Shown: in pieces, positions 39,582 to 51,696 of the stretch | Layout: every line of letters starts with the position of its first letter | Numbering within the stretch: the first letter of the stretch is position 1 | Origin: Trichosphaerium sp. ATCC 40318 | Lineage: Eukaryota > Protista > Tubulinea | Assembly: GCA_038496445.1 (NCBI GenBank) | Contig: JALMLS010000097.1 | Span: forward strand, 1-64,000 | Length of the DNA: 64,000 nt | Direction: 5' to 3' | The notes under the pieces: model-generated | Seen by the model: only the letters and a program-made list of their open reading frames with translations | Told to the model about the DNA's origin: nothing | Database searches by the model: none | Made by a program: the position numbers and the translations under genes

Positions 39582-40823
39582 ATGGAACAGCCGGAATCCA
39601 TTCTTGTTACGCTCCCACTTGAAATTATCGTTACTATTCTTAAATGCGGGCAGCATACGCTTCGTTCAGCTCAAACATGCCGATTATTGCGAGAAATAGT
39701 AACCGAACACGTCGGATACGGTTGTATAAAAGTGAAGGATGAAGAGGAACTACTCCGTCTTTCAGGGAGCCCTCTGCTCCGAAATACTCGAATTTCTTTG
39801 TGTGACTTATCCGAAATAGTAAAAGATAGTCATCTTGCCTTGCTTAAAGGTGTTCATACAATCGATATTGGATGTTGCAAGGGTGTTACAGATAAAGGGC
39901 TATCTGTGTTAAAAGGAGTTCACGAAATAAATGTGAATAGCTCCTTGGTCGGGCGTATTGAGGTATTGGCAGGTGTACATACCATCGACTTGTCCAAGTG
40001 TCAACGTATATTAGATGAAGGAGTAACGGCTTTGGCAGGTGTTCATACCATTGATTTATCAATGACGAAGGTCACAGATGTAGGTATCAAGGCTTTATCC
40101 GGTGTACACAAGATTAGTTTAGCTTTTACAAGAGTTACAGATGAAGGAGTTAAGGCTTTGGCAGGTGTTCATACTATTGATTTGAGATTCACAAAAGTTA
40201 CTGATGAGGGCATCAAGGCTTTAAAGGGTGTACATAGTATCTGGATGAGAAAATGTTCTCATATATCAGATGAAGGTATAAAGGAATTGACGGGCGTCCA
40301 TGACATCGACGTATCAAGTACAAGTATTACAGACAAAGGTATCGAGTATTTAGCTAGTGCGCACGTGGTTGACTTATCAGATACACGTGTTACAAATGAG
40401 GGTTTGAAAGCATTGACCTGTGTTCAAGACCTTAAATTAGCACGGACTTCTATTATACATGAAGGTTTCGAGGTATTAAAGGGTGTACCTAAACTGGATT
40501 TATCCTTCACATCTATTACAGATGAAGGGTTAAAGTTTTTAGCTGGAGTTCGCTCAATTAAGTTACATTTTACGGGTGTGACAGACGCTGGTATTTCAGC
40601 GTTGGCTGGTGTACATACTATCGGGCTCAGAGGCTGCGGTTTGATAACCGATGAAGGTATTTCAGCGTTGGCTGGTGTACATGAAATTGATCTACGTGAA
40701 ACAAAAGTTACAGACAAAGGAGTCAAGGCTTTGATTGGTGTACACACAATAAATTTATATGGAACGGCAGTGACACAAGAAGGACTGGATGCTTTGGTTC
40801 GTACACACAATGTAATAGTATGA
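39582..40823 (+). CDS. Intronless F-box + LRR protein (LAGVHTIDLSxTKVTDEGVKA repeats)
   Basis: LVTLPLEIIVTIL...AQTCRLLREI, followed by about 15 repeats of 22-23 aa; 413-aa ORF. Confidence 0.9.
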   Translation: MEQPESILVTLPLEIIVTILKCGQHTLRSAQTCRLLREIVTEHVGYGCIKVKDEEELLRLSGSPLLRNTRISLCDLSEIVKDSHLALLKGVHTIDIGCCKGVTDKGLSVLKGVHEINVNSSLVGRIEVLAGVHTIDLSKCQRILDEGVTALAGVHTIDLSMTKVTDVGIKALSGVHKISLAFTRVTDEGVKALAGVHTIDLRFTKVTDEGIKALKGVHSIWMRKCSHISDEGIKELTGVHDIDVSSTSITDKGIEYLASAHVVDLSDTRVTNEGLKALTCVQDLKLARTSIIHEGFEVLKGVPKLDLSFTSITDEGLKFLAGVRSIKLHFTGVTDAGISALAGVHTIGLRGCGLITDEGISALAGVHEIDLRETKVTDKGVKALIGVHTINLYGTAVTQEGLDALVRTHNVIV

Positions 40824-41463
40824 ATGGGATTCTGCTTGAAGATATTAACAGATTGAGTAAAAATGGCTAAGAGTACTCTTAGAACGCACAACTAAAACAA
40901 AATTGACTTTTAGAATAAATCTAAATTAGCCCAAAGTATGTTTACTCACACATTGCTCCCTCACTCACACATTGCTCCTCCCACACTCACACTTTTAATG
41001 TTTTTCATACTTCTTGTCATTGTTTATCTAGTAATGTACTGTTTAGACTCTGCCAGGAATAAACTTGAAGCTATTATGAGGCAATTTATATTCCCGCATT
41101 TTTCTATCAACCAGTGTACCTTTTTTTGTTCAGCTACCTAGGTTAGGAAAGATTAACTATCCTAGAATTGTTTTACGATAATTCGTGTTCCTTACATCAT
41201 TGGTTGTTATCTACATGCCATACAGCGCTATGTACGTTCTCTGTGGAAATAAAAAACCAGAGTCTTATGCTGTATCTATTGCACTTACATAGGTTATTTG
41301 CTTGAATTTGTTTCGGGTGTTAACGACTATATACTTTACAACCAACAAGAGGGTGTCAATAAAAAAAACCGTGAAATCAAGCACGTACTCGTCGACAAAT
41401 CTCAGCGATTCAATGAAAACTAAATTTGGGTTTTTCAGTCCATGTCAGTCAATTCTGTTTCAG

Positions 41464-42233
41464 CAAACTTACAAGCTTGTAAAATGGCCAGTATTACAAC
41501 TATACCAACGGAGCTCCTATTAGATGTATTTTCGTTGTTTAAAGCGAGCCAACTTCCTTCTCTTCGTTTAATTTGTTCACAATGGCAATCAATAGCTTCT
41601 TCTGATACTCTCTGGCGACCTTTATTCTGTTCTCGTTTTAAAAACGTTAGCATGGACCAAAAACAGTCAGTTATCATACAATACGCACGAGAACACCTAA
41701 TAGTACACGCTAAGAACGGTATGGACAGAAATGTAGTACCATACGTTGTAAACGATACAATCGTATGCCACAGAGGCAGCTATAGCTGGTACATACCAAA
41801 TATAAGCGAGCTAGCTAAGAAAGGGGACTCTGTATCACTTGAAGAAGCAAAGAAGTATATTTTCGATGTAGCAGAATCCGACTCGGAGATACTAAAGTGG
41901 AAGCTACCCAAGTCAATGCAGAGAAAACACTGGCGTGACTTTGTTACATTGAATATTTCTGTTAGGAGCACAAAAGAACAAAGAGTATATGGTTGCTCAC
42001 GTGATAGAACAGGATGGATGGCCACAGTCACGTGGTTTGCGATGCAAATACTTGTTAAAGGAGAAGTTGTTGCAGAAAAAGTTTTACAAACAAGGAACCC
42101 ATTTAAAGGTTATCAAGAAAGTTTTGAGCGTCAAGCTCAAGCATGGTATGATAAAAAAGGAGGTTATGTTATTATACATCATGCTGATATTGGTTGCCTT
42201 TTATTTGTAAAACCGAATGAATTGTATTGGTAA
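41464..42233 (+). CDS. Intronless F-box protein with unknown C-terminal domain
   Basis: ITTIPTELLLDVFSLFKASQLPSLRLICSQWQSIASSDTLWRPLF; likely start Met near 41484. Confidence 0.85.
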
Positions 42234-42467
42234 TAAATAAAATCGTTGATTTTAGTTTGTTTTTTTTTGAACACGTGTTCGTAATCAGAAGCCTGGTCTA
42301 TATTGAGCTGGTAAAATAGGACTCAACAAGAAGGATATTTTATGTAAACGATAGTGTTATGTAGAACACATACTGCAGCTCCATGAAAATACGGAAGCAA
42401 GTATAACAAGGTAGTTTGAAGTCTAACTTCACAAAGTGATTCTTAATTTTTTAATTTTTTGAAATCC

Positions 42468-43135
42468 AAGGCGTCAAGTCATTGAAAGGTGTCATACCAT
42501 TAAGCTCACTTCGACTACAGATGAAGGTATCAAAGCATTAAAGGGCGTACATACTATTCTTCCCCACAGAGGAGGTGCTCACACCATAGATCTATTACAC
42601 TTCAGTGACCCCTGAAGGCATCAAAGCATTGAGAGCTCTCACAGTCAATAGATGAACTCCAGAAAGTGGTTTGATGCCTTCATCTGTCACCGTTGTGGAA
42701 GTAAGATCAATAGTATGAACGCCTCTGAATACTTTTGGAAGGAAATACGAGCAGAATGTAGTTTTTAGCGTGCGATTCAATGAAACGAAACAACGAAGTT
42801 AAAGTAGACATTGAGCTCCACAATGTACCTCCTTTTGTGACAGCAACTTTCGCGGTTGGCCTCTCTCTGGCGACTGTCTTCGTTACAATTCTCATCGTGT
42901 TCTTAAAACAAAACCTGTGACTTTAATTAGTTAAGACTACTTACTACATCTGTCAATTGGTGGCCCAGAAAGATTAATTGTATGAACTAGTGCATTGATT
43001 CCCTTATCGTTCGCTGTTGTTTTCTTCGACTGATATCTTGTATACCAACAAGTGTTAGTTAGTCAATGTATGACAAGACATAAGATGCCTCTTCAAGTGC
43101 TTTATTGCAATATCAGATAATATGATTCTATTCTG
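42468..43135. pseudogene. Shattered GVHTIDL-type LRR gene remnants on both strands
   Basis: Plus strand TDEGIKALKGVHTI (42515-42560); minus strand GVHTIDLTSTTVTDEGIKPLSGVH (42650-42725) and NDKGINALVHTINLS (42965-43015). Confidence 0.75.
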
Positions 43136-43301
43136 TTGCCTATTGCGAGAAGTTAACCTGGAGTAAAGCTGGATTAAAGGACACTTTATATAGTGTGCAT
43201 GATAATTGCTTTAATCCGGCTAACCACTTCAATATTGTTTGCAAGCTGTAACTGTATAGGTACGCGTTGTCTAGGCAGCAAGAAGCAAAAGATGACGCAA
43301 C

Positions 43302-43375
43302 GAACGATGCTGGGGATTGAACCCAGGACCTACCGCGTGTAAGGCGGGCGTGATAACCAACTACACTACATGAAC
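43302..43375 (-). tRNA. tRNA-Val(TAC), acceptor stem mispaired (possible pseudogene)
   Basis: GTTCATG TA GTGTAGTTGGTTATCAC G CCCGC CT TAC AC GCGGT AGGTC CTGGG TTCAATC CCCAG CATCGTT C; intact A and B boxes. Confidence 0.85.
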
Positions 43376-43664
43376 GAAGCGCCAATGGTATCAGACAAGT
43401 GCTATCAAACCTACATACCTCAAGCACGCTTCTTGTTCAAGCGACAGGATCCTGAACTTTAGAAAAAAACAAAAGATTTTTTTTCAGTAGGTGTCTTTGA
43501 TATTAAAGTGGCATTCGCTAAGCACTTGCCAGAATGATGATAAATTACCTCTACCTGTCATAGTTTTGTTTATTGTGAGTGATAAGACCAATGTGCTAGA
43601 GACAAACAACTTACGTGGTACAGATCACGACAAAATTAGGCGGAAAGAACATTTTAGATGTTTA

Positions 43665-44987
43665 TTAGCTAAGAGTGCTTTCTTCTTCAAAATAAAGAAC
43701 AAAGTCTTTTTCAATTTTACAGCCTGGGTACCAACTAATGCCACCACTACATGCTAAGAGTAAAGCTCCCATGAATTGTTTTTCAGTAAATAACATTTCT
43801 TCACCCTCTTCGAGGTGTGGTTTGATGAGATTAAAGACTTGTTTTTGAAGCTTCCGCAACGGGTTTTTCCAAAAATCAATATTCTGTTTATACACTGCAT
43901 CTTCCTTGTAGAAAAGAAAATCAAACTCAGGGTAGCAGGATAGAGCCTCTGGTTTAACTCTACTATACTGTTTCATACTGGCTGTAGTTGCATATTCAAG
44001 GCTGTGGTACTGTATTAGGGTGATTCTAGCAATGTAGGTAGGTTCTGAAATATGATTAAAATAAAACCCAACAGCAAATTCATTTCCGAACTGTATCTTG
44101 CTGCAGATTTGTTGCATGTAATTAACCTCGCATTCCATGGATTCTAGGAAGTCTATAAACATCAGGTTGAAGCCTACACTTACCATAACCGATAATAGTG
44201 ATAATGTTTTTAATCGTTTCAAGTTGTTTAATTTGACAGTCAAGTTTTGGGCACGTGTATTCTTTAAGCTTACGCAGCCACTCAGCAAACCTCTCATGGA
44301 AAGCTACCATGCTTCTTTTAGCCGTTAACTTCTTGATGAGTTGCGACAACACTTTTTTCTGCATATCAGTATTGTTCTTGAGTGTTCCAAGCGTAATAGA
44401 GGGTACACCCAAGTCAAATAATGATTCTGAAACCTTGGTTGTGTAAACATGCGCCAAGCGATCAGAAAAGTGTTCAAGAACAGGAGCTGGGGTATTGTCT
44501 AGGTTGATGATTTCTTGAAACTGCTCGTCATTCATGCTGCTCAATACAGAGATTGCTTGTGTGGTTAGCTTCTTTGGAGTCAATACTGAGCGTCTCATCC
44601 GTGGTGTTCTTGAGGATATGTTTATATAGATAAGCCCACTGTGCGACACAGTGGTAAACTATTAGCACATTGTTGTAGGAATTCTGTGAAATACAGTAAA
44701 AACAGCAAAAGATATTTCTTCTTGTAGTCGTGACAAAGAACACATTCTTTGATGGCTAAATCGTTCTTCAATACGCCCATCAAGTATTTCTACTGAAAAT
44801 ACTGTACGGCTTTGGCTACCCTTGATATTGGTAAAATACAATCTAGCCATACCTCCTTTCAACAAATTAATCTCAGCACGTGCATAATGCGAAAAACCAA
44901 GCCAAAAAAAGAAACATGTGAGATAACCAATACGCCAAGTTTCTTATTATTCACCCAAAATCAAATATTACATACCGAGGTAGTCCC
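43665..44987 (-). CDS. Hypothetical protein (multi-exon)
   Basis: ORFs 44122-44649 and 43665-44297 join via a 31-nt intron gtaagtgtagg...tttatag. The 5' exons are uncertain. Confidence 0.55.
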
Positions 44988-45992
44988 ATGATGTGACAGG
45001 AACCGTTGAGGTTCATTAACATACAGAATAGGACTTGTGTAGTTCACAATTTGGTTGGCTGGGTACATCCACAGGTGATGTTTTCAGAAAGGAAGTTAAG
45101 GTATATATTCTAGTCAAAAAGCAAGCTAACATTGTTCTCTCAGGCGATTCTTAAAGAGTTCTGGGATGGAGTACTGTTGGCAAGCGCAGAGAATCCAAAC
45201 AGTGGGTTCGAAATTGAATCAACTCCAAATACTTGTTACTATGGCGAACCATTAAATGACTACACAAGTATCTGATCGTTTGTAGGTTGAAATGCAACGA
45301 CTATACGAGCACCGAGTGTTATGATTTATTTGATGGACAAGGAATAGTAGGCCAAAAAGGTGATGTGTTTGGTAAAATGTAATGGGTATGTAAAAACCTT
45401 TTTTTTTACGACACTATTCTTAAGATTATCGTAACACATGACAATTGTAAACGCTTTGTTACAACTTACTGTATAAGGCTACAACTGAAAACATCACTCG
45501 GCTACTCAAGCATTTACAACTATTCTATTTGTTGAGTTTTTGTTTAACTAACCACATGACTAGGTGATCCAAAATTAAAGCCTGGATACTTTAGAATAAA
45601 CCTCACACTTGAGAAGACAGGTCTATTACTTGTAAGAGATCGTGTCATTGAAATATTTAAAGGAAATACTAATTAAGTGTTTCCATACTCAAACATGGTT
45701 CAAGATGATGACTTCTTGTTGAGTAAACATCTCAAAAAACTCATTCGTAATAAAGAACTTTGAACCTTCACAATGCTAGTGTTTGTTGTACACATAATAA
45801 TTGAATGGGTCCAACAAGAATAGAACTGCTGCTTGTCTTGAAACCCTAAGTACTTATTTTATTAATTATATGAGACCTGTGACTCTAAGCCAAGGCGTGC
45901 TCTATGTCTATCAATTGCATGTATCTTTTGTAGTGTTACTTTCTGTCGACTATCACGTGGTTTTTTTGTATAAAACAATGACCTCACCTCCT

Positions 45993-46815
45993 TTAGTAGT
46001 AAGGAATCCAAGTTATACCATATGCCTCAACGTATTCTTTTGTAATAAGGGTTTCATGACTCTCGAGTGTTTTGAGAGAAGTCAAGTGTTTCAAACAATC
46101 GTTTGTAATCGAAGAACAAAAAAAAAGTATCAAATGTTCAAGATTGATCAAATGCTTGAAAACAGAGTCTGTTACTTCAGAACAATTATTCAAACGTAAC
46201 TTCTTGACATTGACCAATGATTTGAGTCCATCATCTGTTATTGATTGTCCTTTGAAAATAGTAACAGTGTGGACATTACCAAGGTGTTCGAACCACCAGT
46301 TTTCTGGGACATTATTGTAATTTCATGTGCGTCTTTGAGTGCCTTTAATCCTTTACCTCTAATATTCGGACAGTTCCATATATTAATTGTGTGTACACCT
46401 CTGAGTGCAGTTAATGAATCATCTGTTATCTTTGTGGAAGCCAAGTCAATGGTGTGAATGGTGTGCTTGCCTCCTTGTACTAATGTAAGGATACCTGAGT
46501 CTGTAATGTTTGATTCTCTCAAACTTATTGACTTAACACCAGAAAGTCAACTCATCATGTGATAGATCCAACCAACTACAATCAATCGTTGTGTTTTTCA
46601 GAAACGGACTGCCTTTGAGAACGCTACATTCTGAGGATTCTTTCAAATTGATTTCATAAACGCCAATTTTATTGCGAATGATGTTATTAATATATGTTAT
46701 TAATCACGTGAGAAACTGTAGATGCGTTAATACGTTGTTTTTTGTTTAAATGGCGTAAAATGAGCGCTAATGTCTCTGGTGTCAAATCGCCATGTGATTT
46801 CTCTTGGTTCGCATG
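45993..46815 (-). pseudogene. F-box + LRR paralog of 39582-40823, frameshifted
   Basis: DLTPETLALILRHL...STVSHVINNI, LKGSPFLKNTTID (cf. LSGSPLLRNTRIS), HTIDLASTKITDDSLTALRGVHTINI; several frame breaks. Confidence 0.75.
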
Positions 46816-47146
46816 CACCAAACTTCGTTTGCCTTGATGCATACCAGCCTACAGTTTGTGACTTTGCGAAACAAAGAAAAACATTGACATCACATTTTTT
46901 TGCTCTGATGCTCACAAGTGGCCGTAGTTTTGAAATCAAAGGTTTGTTGATGTTTCTTGTGTTCCACTGGAAGAGACAAATTTAATATCTATTTTTACTA
47001 AAGACTTGGTTACCGATAAGAGCGTAGTGGTACTGTATGATTAGATACAAACTACCAATTAAACAAAATAGTTAATTCGTTTCCAAAATAGTGGATTGTT
47101 TACAATATCAAAGAGGTTACACTAGGTGTTACGAAGAGGAGAACTC

Positions 47147-49337
47147 CTATTTATTAGCAGCATCCGGTTTTAACGATGGTAGAACTGACAGGAGATGTCT
47201 TACAGGTATTGTATCTCCTCGTTCTTCAACAAAGCTTCGAATCAATGTTGAATCTTGGGAGAGGACCCAAGAAGTAAGAGTGTTTCTGATAACAGGGTTA
47301 CATGCCAATAATCCGTATTCAAGAATCTCACTCATTATCTTTATATTTGTTGCACTATGATTAAGGAGATCATTCATCACAAGAGATTGTAAAGAATCTA
47401 TGCAATATTTATCAGAGAACTTTAAGACTTTAAATAGAGTAGCCAAATCAAGATCATGAGGTATTTCATCAAGGTAGACAAAATGAATAAAAATGTTGAT
47501 AATCAAAGGATCTTCATTTAAGGTAATACTATCGTTTTTGTCACCACTTGTCCCAAGTTCTTTAGATAGAATAGCACCTTCAAAGAACGAAGACCGACAC
47601 ATAAGTATAGACTACAGGAAAATAAATATAAAGGAGATAGAGTGTAGTACAGTAATAACAAACCTTGTGACATTTAATACTGTCTTTTCCAGCAACAATG
47701 GTAAAGTCCTGAGTTTCCGATTCGAACAGCTTTTGAAGGGATTCTAGAAGTGAAGTCTTATCTGACACGCATTCTTTACGCTTGTGTTCGCGTATTGCGC
47801 ATATGAGAGCGTTATCTGTGTTGCTTTTAGCATACTGTTCTTGGCTCAATTTAGTCAAGTCTGTTATCAATGTTGACAGCTTTCTTGGAACTATTATTGG
47901 TTGGATTGATGTTGCTAACGTTTATCAGTATTCATTCAAGATATAGTTTTTACTTACGTGGCGAAATATAAGTTTTCTTGTCTATTTGGACCTCTCTTTT
48001 CTCTGGTATTTGTTTTACAAGGTATGGAATGAGGTTTGTATTTTGTTCCATCAAAGAAACAAAAAGAACTTTAATAACACCTCTTGGATTTTCTATTCTT
48101 GAACATAAAACATCGACCATATACATGCCACAATCATAAGCGTTCATTTTTCCTAATGATAAAAAGCTAATAAGTATATAAAATTACAAATAAAAAGGTC
48201 AAAAGGATGTTGTACCTTTGTAATCTGGGAAGAACTCTTTGAATTTTTCTGGATGGTTTTGTATTTCTTGTTCAAAGATGTCAAGCTTTGTCATTACAAG
48301 GATAATAGGAGCAGTGATGAAATTTTGATACTTTGCAATAGTATTGAGAAACATACAGGAGTCTTCAAAGTCATAGGTTGTATGAGAAACGAAATACAAG
48401 TAACTGTTGTTGCGAGTGAGGGAAAAAACTACATAATAAGAAAAAAACAAAAAAAAAAAATGACAGCAGGTGAGGATACCTAATGAGAGATACACAAAAA
48501 AATATGCAGTCAGCACCATAGAAGCTAAGAATTTTGATTTTTTTGCGTTCATGATAGAAACCTATGAAAAAAGAAGTAACAAAAAACAACAATCACAATT
48601 CTGCTGTTACCCACCTGAAGTATCTACTATTTTATATCTGGTACCATCCACAATGTAGATATCTTCTACAACACCAGTGGTTAACGAATGTAGATTAAGA
48701 AGCTGTTCATTGGTCACAAAGAATGCATCAGCAGATTGACAGCAAACTGAAGCAATGTAACTGAAAGTAAAGAACTCAGCATGGAAAATAACAACAGACT
48801 TAACTCACGTTTTTGCATTTGTCTTGAGGGAGAACGGCATAGATTTAGACGTAATAGATGTAATCATGTTCATGAAAGCTTGGTCTTGTTGCAACCTGGG
48901 TCAAAGCCGTTAACCGAAAAATGTTATGAAATAAAGAAGAGTACAGTTTCAATGTGTCAATCCGTTGTTGTGTCCAAAACATTTTGTCGGTTCGAGCCAT
49001 AAAAGAGTTGACAGTATCTTGTGTCGTCTAATATTTATGTGTAAGACGTTACGAAGTACTGTAAATATTGTTTACACTCTCCAGACTCGAGAATTCGGGT
49101 AATTGGGATACACTCCAAAAAAAACTCTGCAAAAACCATAAACCACGTCCATTGTACCAATCACTAAGCCTTATTTTACAAAACAATTTAAAATGCATCA
49201 ATAGCGTTGATTTACCTAAACTCTCTTTGTAAGCAATAAAAACTGCCCATAATACCACAATAGTACCACTCTTGGATGGTCCTAACGGTTCGTTATTGGG
49301 TTGTTTGTATTAGCTGTCACTTACCTACTACTAACGC
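47147..49337 (-). CDS. Divergent G-protein alpha-like domain fused to a C-terminal BTB/POZ domain
   Basis: LVVG|PSKSG|KST; NLHSLTTGVVE; IVDTSG|FYHERKK; ADCIFFCVSL; PIILVMTKLDIF; then LFESETQDFTIVAGKDSIKCHK|VILMCRSSFFEGA...FIHFVY...FSDKYCIDSL. Confidence 0.8.
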
Positions 49338-49420
49338 TTTTTTGGTACAGGAGTCATGATTTTCTGTTTGAAACGCATTTTTGCGTTTTTGTTTCGACCC
49401 TTTGCTTCCCATGCTTTACA

Positions 49421-49516
49421 ACAAATGTTTTTGTTTAGCGAAAACTGAAACAATTCAGTTGTTGTTTAGCGAAAACTGAAACAAATGTTTTTGTTTAGCG
49501 AAAACTAAACAATTCA
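49421..49516. repeat. Three copies of an ~30-bp unit (ttgtttagcgaaaactgaaacaa) just upstream of the G-alpha-BTB start
   Basis: Direct tandem copies visible in the sequence. Confidence 0.85.
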
Positions 49517-49657
49517 AAGAAACCTAATTTTGTTGCACACGTGATTTATCTACCACAGAAGAAATATCAACACGGTTAAATAATTAAAAGAAATCAAAGA
49601 GATCTTCAAAATGTGGTAGGAAACTTATGAGAAAATCCTGATAGTGTCTTTATTTGT

Positions 49658-50100
49658 CTACTGTTTTTTCTGTAGTTCTGGACATAGTTCTTCATAGTAG
49701 ACCTACACAAAGTTTTAAATTCCGAAATGTTTGCAACTTTACTGCACATACCCCACGCAAGTGCCTGTTGCCTGAAAGCGCATTACGGCCATGAAGCATC
49801 CTAAATTGACATGTTAATTTTTTATCTCAGCCCATACCAAAAAAAAGACGTACTTGTAGTTATCATAAACAACAAACTCTCCTGGATTTAAATCACAACG
49901 ATATTGATTTTCTGGATTACGAGCAAGTCTAGTGAACTTGATATAAGCATCATACCATGTCTCAACAACACCCAAAGGCTTCTTCTATAGAAACTGATAA
50001 GAGTCTTATCGATTTATGTGAATCAAACAAGATTTTGGTTACCAGTGGTGCCATTGTGAAGTACGAGTATCTAATTTGTTTCAACTCTACCCAAATTGAA
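49658..50100 (-). pseudogene. 3' fragment of a TauD/gamma-butyrobetaine dioxygenase-like gene
   Basis: IRYSYFTMAPL...WYDAYIKFTRLARNPENQYRCDLNPGEFVVYDNYK|MLHGRNALSGNRHLRG|VYYEEL...*. No 5' part found. Confidence 0.7.
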
Positions 50101-50149
50101 CAAGCCATGAAAATTAGCATCAAGTCAAGGCTAGTATGCTTTAGCCGAA

Positions 50150-51326
50150 ATGAAATCCTCAACAGACAATAAAAGCGACAACGGCGAACTTCCTCGAGTA
50201 AAATTAGTAGTATTTGGAGATAGTGCTGTTGGTAAAACAACATTTTACGTGAAAGCTCATTAAATACCTCGTATCTTGCGTCTTCATTCTTTTGAGGGTA
50301 TGTTACACCGTAAGCTAACTTAGACACAGGTAAAACAAGCTTACTGAGCAGAATAGCCTTAAGTACGTCCAGAGTATTCAATCACCAGTAAAAACAGTAC
50401 CAGAGAGGTTTCCGTCGGGTTACACTCCGACAGTATTAGAAAATAATGTGTACGCAGAGCATTGAGGCTTTTATCTCAGTTTTTCTTGTCTCACGTGACC
50501 TGGCTTTAGTATACATTTGGACACTATGTAACTTTTTTTTTCTGTCCTTTAGACTTTACTTATTCTCTTAGGATGCATGTCAACACGTGTGGACACAAGA
50601 TAGAATTAGGTTCGTTGCTTTGTTTATTGTAACTCATGTTGTACCTTATAGGCTTGTGGGATACTGCAGGGCCTGAAAAATACGACAGGATTCGATCTGT
50701 GAGCTACACCAATGCTGATGTAAGCTATAGTTAGTTGTGAAGTATCTGTTGTTAATTCTTTGCTTTCTGTAGAGTGTAGCGATAATTGCTTTCAGTCTCG
50801 TAAACAGGACTAGTTACGAAAATGTATTGACAAAGGTAAGCCACATTGTGCACTTAATTATTGCCACAATTTTTTGTTTAACTCAAGAGTCACTAAGCTA
50901 ATGATCTCGTTTGCGTTGTAAAGTGCTACCCTGAACTTCGATATTATCGCCCAGATGTACCTGTTGTATTGGTTGGTACAAAGCTAGACTTAAGGGAGTT
51001 GCACTCAATGGATAGAGGCCATAAACGCACAGAGAAAGCCATCGCAAGAGAAGAAGGAATACATTTAGCAGAAAAAATTGGTGTATGTACTGCCACATTT
51101 CCGCCCATTGTTCTAAACTTACTCGCTGTGATTTAGGCTCATAGTTATGTTGAAGTGAGTTCAAAAACAGGTGACGGGGCAGAAGAGCGTATGTTTGCAC
51201 CTTAGTCTGAGTACTAAACTAACTATTTTTGTAGTACTATGCCAAGTATCAGAAGCTGGTTGGTTATTCAGCCATCACAAGGGAACAACAGAAAATAAAT
51301 CCGATAAAACATGTGCTGTCATGTGA
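50150..51326 (+). CDS. Atypical Rac/Rho-family GTPase, copy 2
   Basis: VKLVVFGDSAVG|[49 protein letters not shown] (CAVM*); same intron layout as copy 1. Confidence 0.85.
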
Positions 51327-51696
51327 CTAGTCACGGGAAGCAACACTTTGTAACTTTTTTGTCATTTTCATGAGACTTTTCGACACTACATTTTTTAATG
51401 AATTAAACACCTGTGCGTCGTATCCATTTAAAAATGAGGGTTCTTAAACTTTTCTTTGTTTTTTTGACAAAAGCTAAACAGTATATAGCTAAATTTCCTG
51501 CCTAACCATACCAGGGCACCAGGCAACAGCGTGTGATGACATATAAGAAGTAGGAGATATTTTATCACGTGATAAACAAAACCAAAACAAGTTGTTTGTG
51601 AATCCAGGTATTAAGTCACTACCACTTCCAAAACGCGTTAATTACACCCAAAAAGCCTAGCAAGTTCTTTTAGGTTCTGTTTACGCCAATTACAAT

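Noticed and set aside
45030-45270. Two exon-like segments on the plus strand (FGWLGTSTGDVFRKEVK|AILKEFWDG)
   Set aside because: No start, end or recognisable family.
39500-46900. Endogenous giant virus or transposon
   Set aside because: No hallmark viral or transposase genes, terminal repeats or target-site duplication seen.
49421-49516. CRISPR-like repeat
   Set aside because: Tandem units without unique spacers, no cas genes, eukaryotic context.
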